Assembly (NCBI RefSeq): GCF_009914755.1
Contig: NC_060939.1
Source of the DNA: the human T2T-CHM13v2.0 reference genome, Homo sapiens
Direction: 5' to 3' (one strand)
Length of the DNA: 64,000 nt
Of the stretch, positions 39,751 through 53,580 are shown in pieces; positions within the stretch are counted from its first letter, which is position 1, and each line of letters opens with the position of its first letter. The translations under genes and the position numbers were made by a program. Under the pieces are notes generated by a model. The model saw only the letters and a list, made by a program, of their open reading frames with translations, made no database searches and was not told the origin of the DNA.

Positions 39751-40368
39751 GTATGTTCCCTCCACAGCTCCTTGAACTGTCCTCCTCAGCTTAGCCCCCA
39801 GCCTAGGCTGATCCTAACTTCCTACCTCGAGAAATTCCTGACTCTTTGCTCACTGACATCCTCCCTTGCCCTGGGACAACTCATCCCTTAGAAGCAAGTG
39901 TCCTCCTTTCTAATCCACCTGCTTCTCAGCAGCAGTGTTTTTCCTTCTCTGTCCCTGCTCCAGCACTTGGTTGAAAATCACTGAAGTTAAGACTGTGTCC
40001 AAAAGGAAAAGGATCATAATCTTTTGCAGAGTAGAAATGGGCGGGGAGGGGGTGGAGGTGAGGAAGGGAGGTGTCCTTCTGGCCAGTTCTGTAACTCTAA
40101 AAAAATTTCACCATTTATCCACAAGAGTCCTTCACATCATCACATTGGTGGCACAGGCCTTGGAAGCAGTCTCCCTGGGGCAGTTCCGGCTCAATCATCA
40201 AGACAGGGCAGTGGTGGCTGCACGCTTTCCTCCTGCCTAATGCCCGTCTTAGAGGCTCTCATTGAGCTTGGTGACTCCCCACCCCAACACATGCCTGCAG
40301 CACCAGGAACCCTGCTTTGCATGTAGTGCTAGATATTTGCTTAATATTTATTATAATGACTATTTAAT

Positions 40369-40597
40369 CATCTCCCTTCCCAGATGTTTGGCTTTCCTGG
40401 CATCTTCTTCCACAGCACCCTTTCAGCTTTGTCTTCCTGGGTTGTCATTTTCTGTTTTTATCTCCTTTCAGAAAATTATCAGATGAAAATACCCCACTAG
40501 AGCTCAGAATTTAGCTTTGACCTATAGTGAGAGCCAGCTAAACGCATCTGGTTACCTCCCCATTTTTGAGATGATTCTTCAGGCATAAGAGGGTTAT
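40369..40597 (+). repeat. Copy 1 of a ~230-bp local dispersed duplication
   Basis: Aligns end-to-end with 41502-41736. Confidence 0.95.
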
Positions 40598-41501
40598 TAA
40601 TGACGGTTGTATTTATTAATATATTTATAAGTATATATTAGAGATATGGTTACATAAGATATTGCATGATATATAATGTTTTATACTATATAATGTTAAA
40701 TGTTATTATAATTAATATTAGTTGAGTAATTAAATAATTAACACACCTTGTATACTTGTGCAGGACCAGATCTCAAGGGAGACAGAGAAGGAGCCAGAAC
40801 AACATATTTCATTAGTTAGTAGAATGAAAACTAAATCCCAAATGTATTTTTCAAAATACTCTAGACTCCTTAGAACTCGGCCTCACTCAGTCTGCTGAAC
40901 TCAGTTTTCTGAACTGAAATGTACTAGCTCCTAACAAGCCGTAAAAGTACTTAATGGTTATCAACAGGATGCTGTTTCCTGGCCAAACCAAATAGACACC
41001 TGGGTTTGACGGTCTGGGTTGAGCTGGAAACATCCAGTGTGTGAGTTCTGCAAGCATTCTAGATTTGGAAAATGCCCGCAATGTCTAAGGTTGGAAGGAA
41101 GGACCAGCGGAGGTTTCTGCCACTCATGTCACTCCTTTTATGAGCCTTCGTTTACTCACCTGTGACAGGATTGTGTAAGGGAGTTGTGAGAAACAATTAG
41201 AGAAACATTGCAAAGTGTTTGCATGAACAAATTCATCTGAAAAACCACTTGAATGGGTCTCTGGGGAACAACAAACAGACTTTTACAAGTTCACAGTTAC
41301 TTAGCTAAGATCAGGTGATGATATTTTATTTCAGGAAAAAGAAAACACCATGTGCTAGCAGAGTTGCTCATGCTTGGGCCGGGTGAGGACCGACTGGGGG
41401 AGAGGTGAAGGCTGCCCTGGGTTGGCCCCAGCCCTGGGGAGGAGCGTTCACCCTTTCCAGTCACATGCTGGCAGTGTCTTCACCAACACCCTGGGTCCTG
41501 C

Positions 41502-41736
41502 CATCTCCCTTCCCAGATGTTTGGCCTTTCCCGACATCTTCCATAGCACCCTCTCAGCTTTATGTCTTCTTCCTGGGTTTTCATTTTCTCTGTTTTTATA
41601 TTTCCTTTTAGAAAATTATCAGATGAAAATACCACACGAGAGCTCAGAATTTAGCTGTGGCCTACAGTGAGAGCCAGCTAAATGCATCTGGTTACCTCTC
41701 ATTTTTGAGATGATTGTTCAGGAATAAGAGGGTCAT
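41502..41736 (+). repeat. Copy 2 of a ~230-bp local dispersed duplication
   Basis: Aligns end-to-end with 40369-40597. Confidence 0.95.
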
Positions 41737-41790
41737 ATGGCCCGTTAGGCAATTTTTTTTCCTTCCCTATCCTTACTTACTTCTCCCCCT

Positions 41791-41796
<6 letters not shown>

Positions 41797-41828
<32 letters not shown>

Positions 41829-41859
41829 CTCTCTCTCCCCCCCCCCCCTTTTTTTTTTT
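41797..41859. repeat. (CT)n followed by poly-C and poly-T
   Basis: Read directly from the sequence. Confidence 0.9.
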
Positions 41860-43685
41860 AATGCTTTCCAGGATTCTTGGCTCTGGGAATAAGGTTGCTC
41901 ACCTTACAGGTACAGATAATCTATGTGGTGGTATAAGTGGCTTTGTCAATCCCAGCAGCTCAGAGGGAAATATCAATGATGCTTCATCTCAAAAGTGATA
42001 CTGACGGCTCTAGACCTAAAAAGCCCTAGCTTTAAACCTCTGGGAAATTAAATAGGCCTTCTGGGCCTTCATTCCTACCTCAAGTCACTGCAGTTCAGAG
42101 GGTCCGTCTGGGAGGCTGGAGGTGAGCGAATTCCCTCCCATCAGCCTTGCCCAGGCTGTGGCCTTGCTCCTCCTCCATGATTTTCAGTCATAGCAGAGAT
42201 CAGCTGAGGGCAGGAGATCCAAGGTTGGGCCGACTACACAGTTATTGCTGTATTATTTTGGCTCATCACTGAAATTCTCTGGGCCTAAGTGTATGCATAG
42301 ACATGAAAGGCTTGGACTGGATCGATAGATTTCAAATTTTTGCTACTTTTATTTTTTCAGCAGTGTAATCCTGTCTCAACATCTTGCGTAAGAACTCATT
42401 CTAGGAAAAAGATAAAGATGGAGCTACCCTGGCTGAAGGGGGTTGGTTGGAGGGCTTGCTCATCCAACACCTCCTCGGAATCCAGGACACTGGGTGAGGA
42501 CCCAGGAAGGAGAGGCCGGCTCGGGCTCCTTCCAGTTCCAGTAGCCTAGGATTCTCGAGCCACAGCCCTCGGCTCTAATCGAGGATGCCAGCGTGGAGTG
42601 AGGAGCCACAGCATCGCCAGCTCTCCCTACTGACCCAGCATCCCTGCCGGCCTGCCCTGTTCCACAGGGGTTGCAAACAGGATTCTTTGATTCTGGCATA
42701 GAGTTACGTAAGAGCTGGGTCAGCCCATTCCCTGCCGTGGCCAGTGTTGCCTTCCTTGGCCTTGGCCTCCTTGTTTTTGTGATCCTGGCAGATGTGAAGG
42801 CTGATGTGGGACCTGGGGTGGTGGTGGGGGAGCTGGTGACCTCACAGGGGAGGAGATCAAAGGAGGGTGAGCTCATCTGACCCAGGCTGCAGAGAGTCAG
42901 GGGCTGGGACAGCTGCGAGAACAGAGGGAGGGCACCGGTGACCCCAGGCAGGGAGGACAAAGCCCCCGGAGCCTTCTTCCAGTTTCAAGTGGCACCTGTT
43001 TCCCCTCACAGTCATTTCTGTGGTGGGCAGTTAGAGGGGGGTGGTGGTAGAATTATTTGTTTTATTCTTTTTAATGGATTCCTTTTGCTGGACTTCTCTC
43101 CCACTCGCTCAGCCTGTATAGGAATTTTTGGTTGTTCAACACACCCTCTTTCCCGTCACACTGTACCTCATTCTCACATTCCACCCAGGGCCCAGGTTCG
43201 TGGAGCCCAGCTGCCCGGTTAACCTGGGTGAGATATTAAACTCCACCCGCCCTGGGAGTGACCCATCATCATCCCTGAGCCGCGGGTTCTCTCCCTGGTG
43301 AAACTGAGGTGATAACAGTTCTCATGGTATTTTCAATTAAAAATTCCTGAAATGTTTCCAACATCAGCCAGCCAGAAAGGAGGGTGATAGAGAACAAATG
43401 GTGACAGGGGAGAAGGAAAGCGTGGAGGGGAGGGGAGAGGGCTGGGAGGGGTGGACTGTGGGAGGGGACGAGTGGGCTGGAGGAAGGGGAGGATGGATCT
43501 GGAAGTCAGGGAGGCGGCCACTGAGACCTGAAACCCAAAAGATGCCAAGGGAAGATGAAGGAAGGGCATGGATGAAGCTGCTAAAGTAGAATGGGGAGGC
43601 CTCGGAGAGAAGGTGCAACCTGCATGTGGAAATGTGAAACAGCAAAAGACAAAGTGCTCAGGCTCTGGGTCAAAAAAGTACAACA

Positions 43686-44024
<339 letters not shown>

Positions 44025-44734
44025 TTATTTGGCATTCGTTAGACAATTTTAATATAATGCCCTTAACTATTCATCCTATTCTTTATCATACCAGAAGGCC
44101 CATCCCCAGAATGTACCTGAGGTCACAGAGATCTAAACCATTTAAGGAAGGAGGACTTAGTCTTCTGTTGGCTTTTGAGCAATGGTAGAGAACTAAGCCC
44201 AACCCTGACCCCCAAGCCAGGTACTTGGCAAGTGTATTTTGCTGAAACCGACACGGTCACCATCCTGTTGGGGAGGGGGATCCACAGGCAAAGATAAACA
44301 TGAGAGGGACGAGGAAGGGCCATTATGCCACATTCCCAAACATGCCACTTCAGAGGGCCTGCCGAGGAGGAAATGAGAACCATACCTTTCACAAGCAAAA
44401 GAGCAGCCATGAGTCCCACGGGCACCCACTTCCACATCAGGCTGTGCAGAGGAGGGGAGTCACTAAGATCAATGGGGACCACTGTCACCAGGAAGCTGCT
44501 TGTGGGATTCTCTTGAGGAATAGCCACATAAATGGTTTCCACCAAAGAGTATGGGACCTGACCGCTCCCCTTCGCCTTGTATCTGATCCTCCTCCAGTGT
44601 CCCAGAGCCCAGACAGTGGCACCACACACTATCCAGTTTGTGCAAGTCAGAAACCTCCTCCCAGCTGCCATGACAATTCATCACTGCTGGGCGATGGAAG
44701 AGGAAGCTGCTTCCTCTCTCCACGTCCTCTGCCA

Positions 44735-45100
44735 CCTCCCAGCTCAGGCATCATCTCCTCTCACCTGGGTACAGCGACAACTTCCTGTTGGCCTCCCTGT
44801 GCCTGTTCGTGCTCCCTATAATCCATTCTTCAGTCAGAGCCAAGATGATCTGAAAATGCAGATCAGATTGTGGCTTTCACTGCTTAGACCCTGCTGATGG
44901 CTTCTCATTAACCTTGAATGGAGTCCAGTGGATTGAGCAAGGACTGAAACAGCCACCTGATTGATCTCCATAACCTTTGGAGCCCCACCCTGCAATTCCC
45001 CCACTTACTTTGTCTGAGCCATCTGGTCATCTTTCTCTCTTATGAACACAAAATTCCCTTCTGCTACATGGCCTTAGCGCCTGTAACCTGGAACAGGTCC
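44735..45100 (+). mobile_element. L2 fragment
   Basis: catcatctcctctcacctgg…aatccattct…aaaatgcagatcagat…tggcttctcatt. Confidence 0.7.
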
Positions 45101-46294
45101 CTCCTTTCTGTGGCACAGCGATTCTCCCTTAGAACCTGCCAAAGAAAGGGAAATATCAAAGGAAGGGGCCATATAGTCTGCTCAGCTTCCAGGGTCCGCT
45201 GCTGGTCTGCAGTCTTCACCCTCCATAATAATTGCAGGATGTAACCCAAGGTGGTTATACTGGGGAATCAGGGATCCTTGGAAATCTCCTAGTAGCTCCA
45301 ATACCTCCTGACCACCATGTCTGCTTGCCACACACAGTTCACATGCTGCGTGAAAATTAGTTGTGAGTAGTTGTTTTCCTGAAGGTTCAAGGGAACATCC
45401 CAAAACTGTACCCAATGGAAGAACAAGGAGTTCTAACTTATCAGGCTAACTTGCCCCGTGGGCAGAAGTGAGGGTTGGGTTGTAGGGCTTCACACTGGTC
45501 TTTGAATGGATGGTCCCCACCCCTTCAACCCTTGCTCCCTCCCCAAGCTTCTTTGTGACCCACTTTCAGGCCCCTCTTTCAACTCCCAACATCCAAAGCC
45601 CAGCCCCCACTCCTCAGGACCCTCACCCCCTTAACCACAAACCAGAGCCCTGGTCCTGCCCACTGTGCCTCCCTGGATATTCACAGATGCTAATGGGCTA
45701 TTCCTCTGCTGCTTCTCTCTCAGAGGGGCAGTGAGCAGCTCTACCTCACAGCCAGTAACTATGGTTGCTTCATCTGAAATTTGGTCTCTGTTCTCTGGGG
45801 GATGCCTGTCACTAGTTTCCTTTTGAGTTACCTAGGGCAATGTGCCACTGTACAAATTTAATCTTTTTCTAAGAATGCCATAGTCTAGTTCATGAAGAAA
45901 GCCTTTAAAAAATTTACATGACCCTGACCTTGTGAAGAAACTCTGGCCTTTCAATGCTATATAAAATATGCCATATATATGGCATACAATGTACATATAT
46001 TTGCCTACTTTCTGACCGTGTTCATTATAAACAGCCCCTCACCTCGACTCCGTCCCCACATTCACTGAAACCCCATCTGTCTGACCTGTTCAGGATGGAA
46101 GGCACTGCCTCCATATAGTTTTCTCTGATGCTTCTTGTTTCTCCCTATAAAGTGAGAGAGGGTTCATGTTCATGTCAATTGTTCTCTCCATGGGCATGCT
46201 TTTCCTTTAGACTGGAATATTGCTTCTTCCCCAGACTCTAACTGAATGCCTCTTGTCTTTCACTTCTTAGCTCAAACTTCATCATGGAGTTCTC

Positions 46295-47190
46295 TTTCTT
46301 GCTCTTTCTTTCCTTATTTACTGTGTACCAGGCCCTGAGCCAGATGTTGGGGATTAAGGATGAGTCAAAACAAACATGTGCCTGTCCTTATGGAGCTTAT
46401 TTCTGGGGTAGGGGAAGCAGACAATAAAGTTGGTAAACATAAGAATGAAGCTGTGATAAGCTCCAAATATGCAAGGTACATGTGCTATAAAGAACCATAA
46501 ATGGGGGAATTGGACGTAGTCGGGGAGGTCTGGGAAAGCTGCTTTAGGCAAGCAGGGACACATAGGAGCATCTCAAGCACTGGAACAGCCCATGGAAGGG
46601 TCACAAAACATATATTCGAGCTGGAAAGAGGGCTGGGGTGGCTGGAATGGAGAGAGTGCAGGCTATGTTCAGAATGAGTTGCAGAGAGAGGAAAGGGCAG
46701 GATACCCAGGATTTTGTAGTTATCCTCTAGAATTGTGCTTTGATTCTGAAAGCAAAGAGAAGACATGGAGGTTTTAAGTGCGGGATGGGGCTGAGAATGT
46801 CAAAGGGCAGGGAAGTAGAGGGTGAGGGGTAAAGGGTGACATAGCTGGGTTTTCTTTTCAGAATATCACTGCGCTGCATTGTGTACAGTGGAGTGCAAAG
46901 TGGGTGGCAGCCAACCTGGTAGCGGGTACTACAGTGGTGCATTCGAGACATGTGCTAGTGGAGATAGTGGCAGTGAACATGAAGAGAGGTGCAAAATTCC
47001 AAAGATACCTGGGAGCATGGCTTAAGGGGATCTCATCAAAGCTGGCAGTAAAGAATGAGCAGGTGTGAGGATTCCCTGGTCATTGGCCCCTACTTTATAT
47101 GAAGGGGAGGGAGCAGTGCTGTTCTCTGAGATGGGTAGGACTGAAAAAAGCTTTGATTTGGAAGGACAGATCCTGAGTTCTATTAGGCCT
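46295..47190 (-). mobile_element. L2 (L2b-like) 3' region
   Basis: tactgtgtaccaggccctgagc…cttatggagctta…ggaggttttaag…gatcctgagttct. Confidence 0.8.
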
Positions 47191-47199
47191 TCCCTCTTA

Positions 47200-47405
47200 T
47201 CTAGGTCAGAACTCACTGTATAAACCCTCACAACATACAGCACTGTTGTAATTAATCATTATCTCAGTAGTTATGCGTTTATTATGTGAATTTCCTGAAC
47301 AATTATTAGGTCCATGAGGGTGGGACTTGAATTTCTCTTGTTCACCAGGAAATCCACAAGGCCTGACTTGCTGGCATTCAGCGAATGTTTGTTGAATAAA
47401 TTAGT
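47200..47405 (+). mobile_element. L2 3' end
   Basis: ctccatgagggtgggac-like core, cttgttcacc, gaatgtttgttgaataaat. Confidence 0.7.
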
Positions 47406-48294
47406 GACCATCTGCCTTGCTCCTTCCACCCATGGGAAATCACCGTTTGAAACATTCAGCATTTCTGCAACCTCCATGCATCCCAAACAGAATTTGTTAC
47501 TAACTGCACATGCTGGAGTTGAAAAGCACTGGGCTTGGACTCAAAAGACCTGGGTTGAAGTCCCGCTAGTTATGTGCTGTGCTAGCAAAATGTCTACAGA
47601 TGAGTCAGAAATGCCCAGAATATGTTCCTTCGTTGACAGAGTGACCTGAAAGCCGGGCCATTCAGAATACAGACCACACCAAACTGAGCCAAAGCAGTCA
47701 TCCTTCTGAAGATGTTATCTCCAGCATGCCCTATAATGGCTTATTTCACTTTGTTTAATTTTATTCCATTGTATTGTTATTTTTATATGATGGGATCCTG
47801 GAGGGACCTCAGAACACATCAGGGGTCTCCAAGAAAGGACCAAGTTTCCCCCAACAGTAGGGCTGCCCCAAAATGAATTTCTCTAGGAGATGTTTGTGTA
47901 AGATACATTTGCCTCATCATTATTTCTTGGGAAAGAAGTCAGCCAGAGGGGTCATCATATGAGCTCTGAGTCACAGGGTACAGGGGAGGAGCAACTATCC
48001 CAGACTCAGGAGTCCTAGTTCTAGTCCCAACCAGACGTGTGACTTGACAAACAACCACTTCCCACCCATGCCTGGGTTTCTGCATGGAGAGAATGTTAAT
48101 AAAAGTGGAGTGCTAATCTAATGCCTATTCCCAAGGTGAAAGTGGGCATTGGTGGGGTTGGGGGTAGTTGTTGCCGAGGCAGAAGGGGTAATAGTTTACA
48201 AGACCAAAGTCAAGAAGGACCAGAGCTGGTGAAATGAGGCTGTTGACCTGTCCAGGAGGCACTATGAGGAACAGGTTCAAACCTCCAGCTGCTC

Positions 48295-48542
48295 AGTCCC
48301 CTGGGATCATTTCTGTGCCCCCACCCCCCATTATTTCCTATCATAGTTCTCTATTATTTAAAATAACACAAAAAAACACAATTTTAAGTTAAATATTCAT
48401 GTGATTAAATTTTAAATGTATCTCTGCTATTATTCTGTAAGCTTTATCCAATGCTCATTCTGTATGAATAGACCTTAGCACAGTATTCACCAGGCACAGA
48501 TTAAATGGAGATCTGTTGAATGACTTAATGGATAGATGGATG
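48295..48542 (+). mobile_element. L2 3' end
   Basis: ctgtaagctt…ccttagcacagt…tctgttgaatgacttaatggatagatggatg. Confidence 0.55.
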
Positions 48543-48924
48543 CGTGGAAGCAGTGTTTCCCAAGCTTCAGCATTCCCTTCAAATGGCTCATCTGCCTTCT
48601 ATGTGTTAATGAGCTTGTTCCCTCTTCCCTCGCAACTAACCCCTAGCCCCCATCCAAGCAGAGCCCAAACCACTTTCTCTGTTCCCAAGAGAAAAACATG
48701 GATCTCTTCTGCTTGCTCATCTGACTTGGCATTGGGACTCTTCATTGATTACATGGCTGCTGTCCTGAGAGTCTTTACCTTTATGATGGAAGAGTTAGAA
48801 ATTAGCCCAGTCCCGAAGATTACTTGAGGCCATCCATCAGCCACCACCGAATTTCTAGAGTAAGTTTGCTAAGACCTCCAAGACCACTGTGGTTCTGACA
48901 AGGAGAGCAGCTTGATTGTTTTGT

Positions 48925-49135
48925 TCTTGTTATTTGTTAGGCCTGTGTACCTTCCAAACAGTATCATTCATCCTCCCAACTACCTTGTGGTGTAGATGCT
49001 GTTCTTATTTCTATTTCCCATGCAAGGGTACTGAGGCACAGAGGGGCAATTGCCCAAGGTCACACAAACAGCAATGGGCTGAGCTGGCTTTGGATTCAGG
49101 CAGCCTGAGTACAGAGACCATGCCTGTAACCATTA
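48925..49135 (-). mobile_element. MIR SINE
   Basis: actgaggcacagagggg…ttgcccaaggtcacaca…gagctggctttggattcaggcagcctga. Confidence 0.85.
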
Positions 49136-50546
49136 TGATCAATTTCCTCTTGTCCTAAAGTGTGTTCCTTTTGGTTAAGTTCTGCTCCAGCTGTGAGATT
49201 TCTATTCTAGGGTTCATACTGGGTCTCCAAGTAATGCCCGATTGCAAAGTGGGCGGGTGTGGAGGGGGCTGCTGTGTCCCGGGGAGAGGAAATATTTTGA
49301 TTTTTGAGTGTAAATGGTGCATACAAGTTCTGCAGATTGTCCTCCAGGGGCTGCAAGCTGTGCTTTCAGGAAACACTCAAGTGTCCGCTCTGGACAGGAT
49401 CAGCTCAGGGAGGAGGGGCAGGTGCCCAGCTCCTGCCTGCCAGATTTGGGCAAGCAGCCCAGGACAGAGGTGACTCCCACACCTTCACTTCCCCGATACA
49501 GGCCTGGTGTGGAAGCTCTGATTCAGCAGAGGCAAACTCTTTCTCACCATTGCATTTATTTCTGCTTTAAACAATAAGGATATAAAAGAGAATTTGGGAA
49601 TTAAATCCAAAAGTATGCCAGTGGACAACAGCATATAGAGGTATTTCGTAAAGCTCCATTTTTAAGTAACAGAAACCCTCCCAATTAGTGATTTTAACCC
49701 TTTTAAAAAATTGCTTGGATTAAAATAAGCTTTTAAGCAAACCTGGAACCAATATGCTGTTGTTTCTCCTGTTTGTATCAATCTTACAGCTGTTGCTTTG
49801 CTAGGATTAATTTGCCTCTGAGGGGTTTCAACACTATCCTCCCTGGTGTATTTTCAGAGCCCATAATGTCATGTAATCGGGACCATGTTATTTTTGTCTG
49901 AATCTCTGGGAGTGATGTAAGAGGAAAAAGGAAACTAGCTAACTCCCAACCATTTGACCAAAGGTTAAATTAGTCTTGGCCTTTCCCCAGCTGGACAGAA
50001 TGCTGCTCAAACATTTATTCCATCCAGCCAGGCAGAGTGGAAGCCCTCCTCCTTTCTTCTTTAATTGTTTTCCCTAAGATATCCATCCCCATCATGCCCC
50101 CAAATAACATGCCCATCCTTTTGCCCTCCTCCCCATGCCCCACCACCTTCACATCGTTCATTATAGAGCATCAGCACTGGAGAGAAGTGTGTAGAAAAGA
50201 CTCAGGAGGTAGAAGTAGATCCTGATGTGGGAACTGGAAATATGTTTTTCTTGAGAAAGTCTTCCAGTCAGTGAGTGGCTGCTTGGAGGACACACTGCTT
50301 GGCTCCTTGCCTTTGTTACCAATGCAGATACCCAGCATTGCCAGGATCTCAGAAACACCCTGATACTTCCGATTGTAATTTCTACTTGAAACTGCCAAGA
50401 AATGCAAGCCAAAAACTCCACCCAAGCCCAGTAGCGGGTGTCCTTGTAAGACACATAGCCATGTCAACATTTCACCCTATCAGACTTAAACTTGGTCCAA
50501 GTATAGGAGGTTTCATTGGGGCTGGGAGTGGACCTTTAAAAACTAG

Positions 50547-50905
<359 letters not shown>

Positions 50906-51094
50906 TACTTTGTATTTTAAATAACTTCAGGGCATAAGTTGTGGCTATTGAATGACACACCAGGCCAGTGAAATATTCATGCTTCATTTTTGGCATTTTT
51001 TTTCTTTTGTCAGCAGGCAGAAATCCATTCAGTGGCCTGTACGGCAAACTACAGCCTTCTGAAAAAAATGTCTCCTCTCCCAGAAGCAAGGAAC

Positions 51095-51530
51095 ACTGTG
51101 ATACAGTAGAATGAGCTGGGACTTTGGAGCTAGAAGACCTATAAATGCAATGGCTAACATTTATAGAGACTTCAAGTCTATGCTAAGCACTTTATATGCA
51201 TGATTTCTTTCAGCATGTGCAATGATCCCAGGAGGCAGATACTTTTATTGTCCTCATTTTCAGAGAAGGAAATTGACTCTTCAAGTGTCTGGGTAACAGC
51301 CTAAGGTCCTAGAAGCAGAGGGAGGAAACCAGTCTGGGTTTATTGGGACAGCAAGTATATGGGCTACTCGACACTGCTTGCCTGAGAGCGTGCTATGAAC
51401 CCACCTCAGTTCCTTCTTCCCTGAAATGGGAATAATAAAATTTGCCTTTCCTACAGACAAGTTGGAAAGTGAAGCACAGATGTAAAAAACTGTGGACACT
51501 GTGAAGCAATATGCAAGTGGTTCTGTTATT
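51095..51530. mobile_element. Nested MIRs: a plus-strand MIR (51095-51140 and 51370-51530) split by a minus-strand MIR (~51145-51335)
   Basis: 5' MIR head ggactttggagctagaagacct, then an inverted MIR body, then cctcagttccttcttccctgaaatgggaataata. Confidence 0.65.
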
Positions 51531-51799
51531 CCTATGACTGAGAAATGCTGTACAACAGGGACCCACCTCCTGCCTCCTGAGCTTCTGTTTTTGGCCTCAG
51601 CTCTTGCAATTCATGGGGTAATGGTGATGGTGGCTTACCTAAATGGTAATGATGACATTTCAAGTCTCAATGGATAAAATGTAAAAAGAAGTAGCAGCAA
51701 GAGAACAAGGAAAGGATCTAAGAAAACAAGGGCATATGGTGGCAAGGAGAGAGAAGGAGAAACAGGATGCTGAAATAGCAATCCTTGGGTCAGAATTTT

Positions 51800-52496
51800 T
51801 CCTATTAACACACTAGCCTGATGTCCATTCGGACATCTTTATCCACTCAGATTCATTCTTTCAAATGCATTCTGCAAGTAGCTCTCACATCTGACTTTTC
51901 TCTTTCCCCTCTGTTGCTGTCTTGGGTCAGGTGCCCATCACCATTCACTTGGGCTTCGTCATAGATGTCTTTGTCAAAGAGGCCTCCAGTCTCATCTTTT
52001 TCCAGCTCATCGTCCATCCTGTCAGCAGAAATCTTATTCCCCAAAGACTACCCTACCCCTTGAAGATGAACCTTTAATTTCTGAGCATGAGTAACTACCT
52101 TTCACGGCCTGGACCCTGCTAAGATTTAAAACTGTAGGTGAATTACTTCTCACATTTCTGTATTCCAGCCACACTGAACCACTGGCCATTCTCCATGCAG
52201 GACATTTTCTCTCTCATCACCGTGCTTTTCATATTTGGGAGGTGGAGAAGATGTCCTTCCCTTTCTTACCTAGTGAACTCCTATGCATCCCGCAAAGTCC
52301 AACTCACAAATCATCCATCCTCATATATTCTGTACTATAAGAGTGTACTGTATTTGAATTTACCAGTAATCTTATATATTACCTGTCATTTTCCCTCAGG
52401 GTTCTTAGATGTGTGTTAGTCATCTATAAATCTCTAGTATCAGTGTCTAGTGCACAGAAGTCACTTGATAGGGGTTGTTGAAAGAATGAATGAATC
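51800..52496 (+). mobile_element. Degenerate L2
   Basis: ggcctccagtctc…ccagccacactgaaccact…gtgaactcctatgcatcc…gttgttgaaagaatgaatgaat. Confidence 0.7.
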
Positions 52497-52559
52497 TCTA
52501 AATTTGGAATTGGGCTGTATACAAGACGGTTCTTCTTTTCTTTGTTCAGTTCACTGGCT

Positions 52560-53100
52560 GTGTCCTCTTAAAAATTTTCATGCATTTTCCAACAACCACA
52601 GAAACCATATTCTTCACCTCATGATGTGATGTGGCTATTTCTGATTCTTCCTGAGTTGAGGAACTGTGTGGCATGTAAAATATCTTAAAGCAAGCAATGT
52701 TTTTATTTTTATTTTTTTAGTTGAAGTTTTTATTCAGACAAACACGTTTACTGAACCCTTCAGAACCTTGGAAAAGATTTTGGTTCAGCACAAGGGTCAA
52801 GCAAAATCTCTGCCAGCACATTAATCCAGGGGAATGAACCTCCACAACCCCCTTACTCTGTTCTTCTCATTGGCTTAACAAAAAGAATTGGAACGTTGTT
52901 GACGACACCCTATCATCCAAAGGAGCAAGACTTGGAGCTATTCTTTCCATCAAAAAGAAACAATATAAATTGTGTGCACAGGCATGTTTCCATTGTTTTT
53001 TCATGAAAACCCACTCCAGTTCAGTGGGTTAACCACAGCTATTTCAGAGATACACTGTATTAGCTGTAGAGACCGCACATGTTGTAGACATGTTAATTGT
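52560..53100. promoter_or_regulatory. Candidate RUNX/PU.1 enhancer module
   Basis: AACCACA (~52594, ~53031), GACCGCA (~53071) and GAGGAACT (~52658) in repeat-poor DNA. Confidence 0.3.
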
Positions 53101-53391
53101 TCCAGTTGACTAATATTCATTTATATATATTCTATTCTGATTTTCCCTGTTACCCAACATATATAATAACTAAAAAAATATAAACATATTTAACTGTTAG
53201 TTTTTTACTAGTCTGATTACAAATGAGGATTAAATTGTATGTGGTTAAAAGTAACAGCAATAACTTCAGCCAAGTTAAAATTAATAATTTCCACAGTCTC
53301 TTTTTAGAAATATTTATTAGGCTTAGCTAGAGTTCTAGATGAAACCAGTAAATTTTCTGGGAAGTTACTATACCTAAAACAGTTATCTGGT

Positions 53392-53580
53392 CGGTGGTTC
53401 CCAAATACAATCCCAAGGACCAGCGTAGGGCAATCGGCTTACAGAGTTTCAAAAGTGCTACCCTCAGACCCCAGCCCAGATATATACCCTGATTTAGTGT
53501 CTCTGGAAAGAGACTGGAAATCTGCACTTTTGCAAAGTCCCAGGTGGTTCTGATATACAGATGGGTTTGAGGTCCACCTC
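53392..53580. mobile_element. MER5-like hAT MITE
   Basis: cggtggttcccaaa…ggaaatctgcactttt…cccaggtggttctgat…gtttgaggtccac. Confidence 0.75.

Noticed and set aside
44123-44821. Overlapping 182-aa and 173-aa antiparallel ORFs
   Set aside because: No domain similarity, partly running into an L2; compatible with chance in GC-richer DNA.
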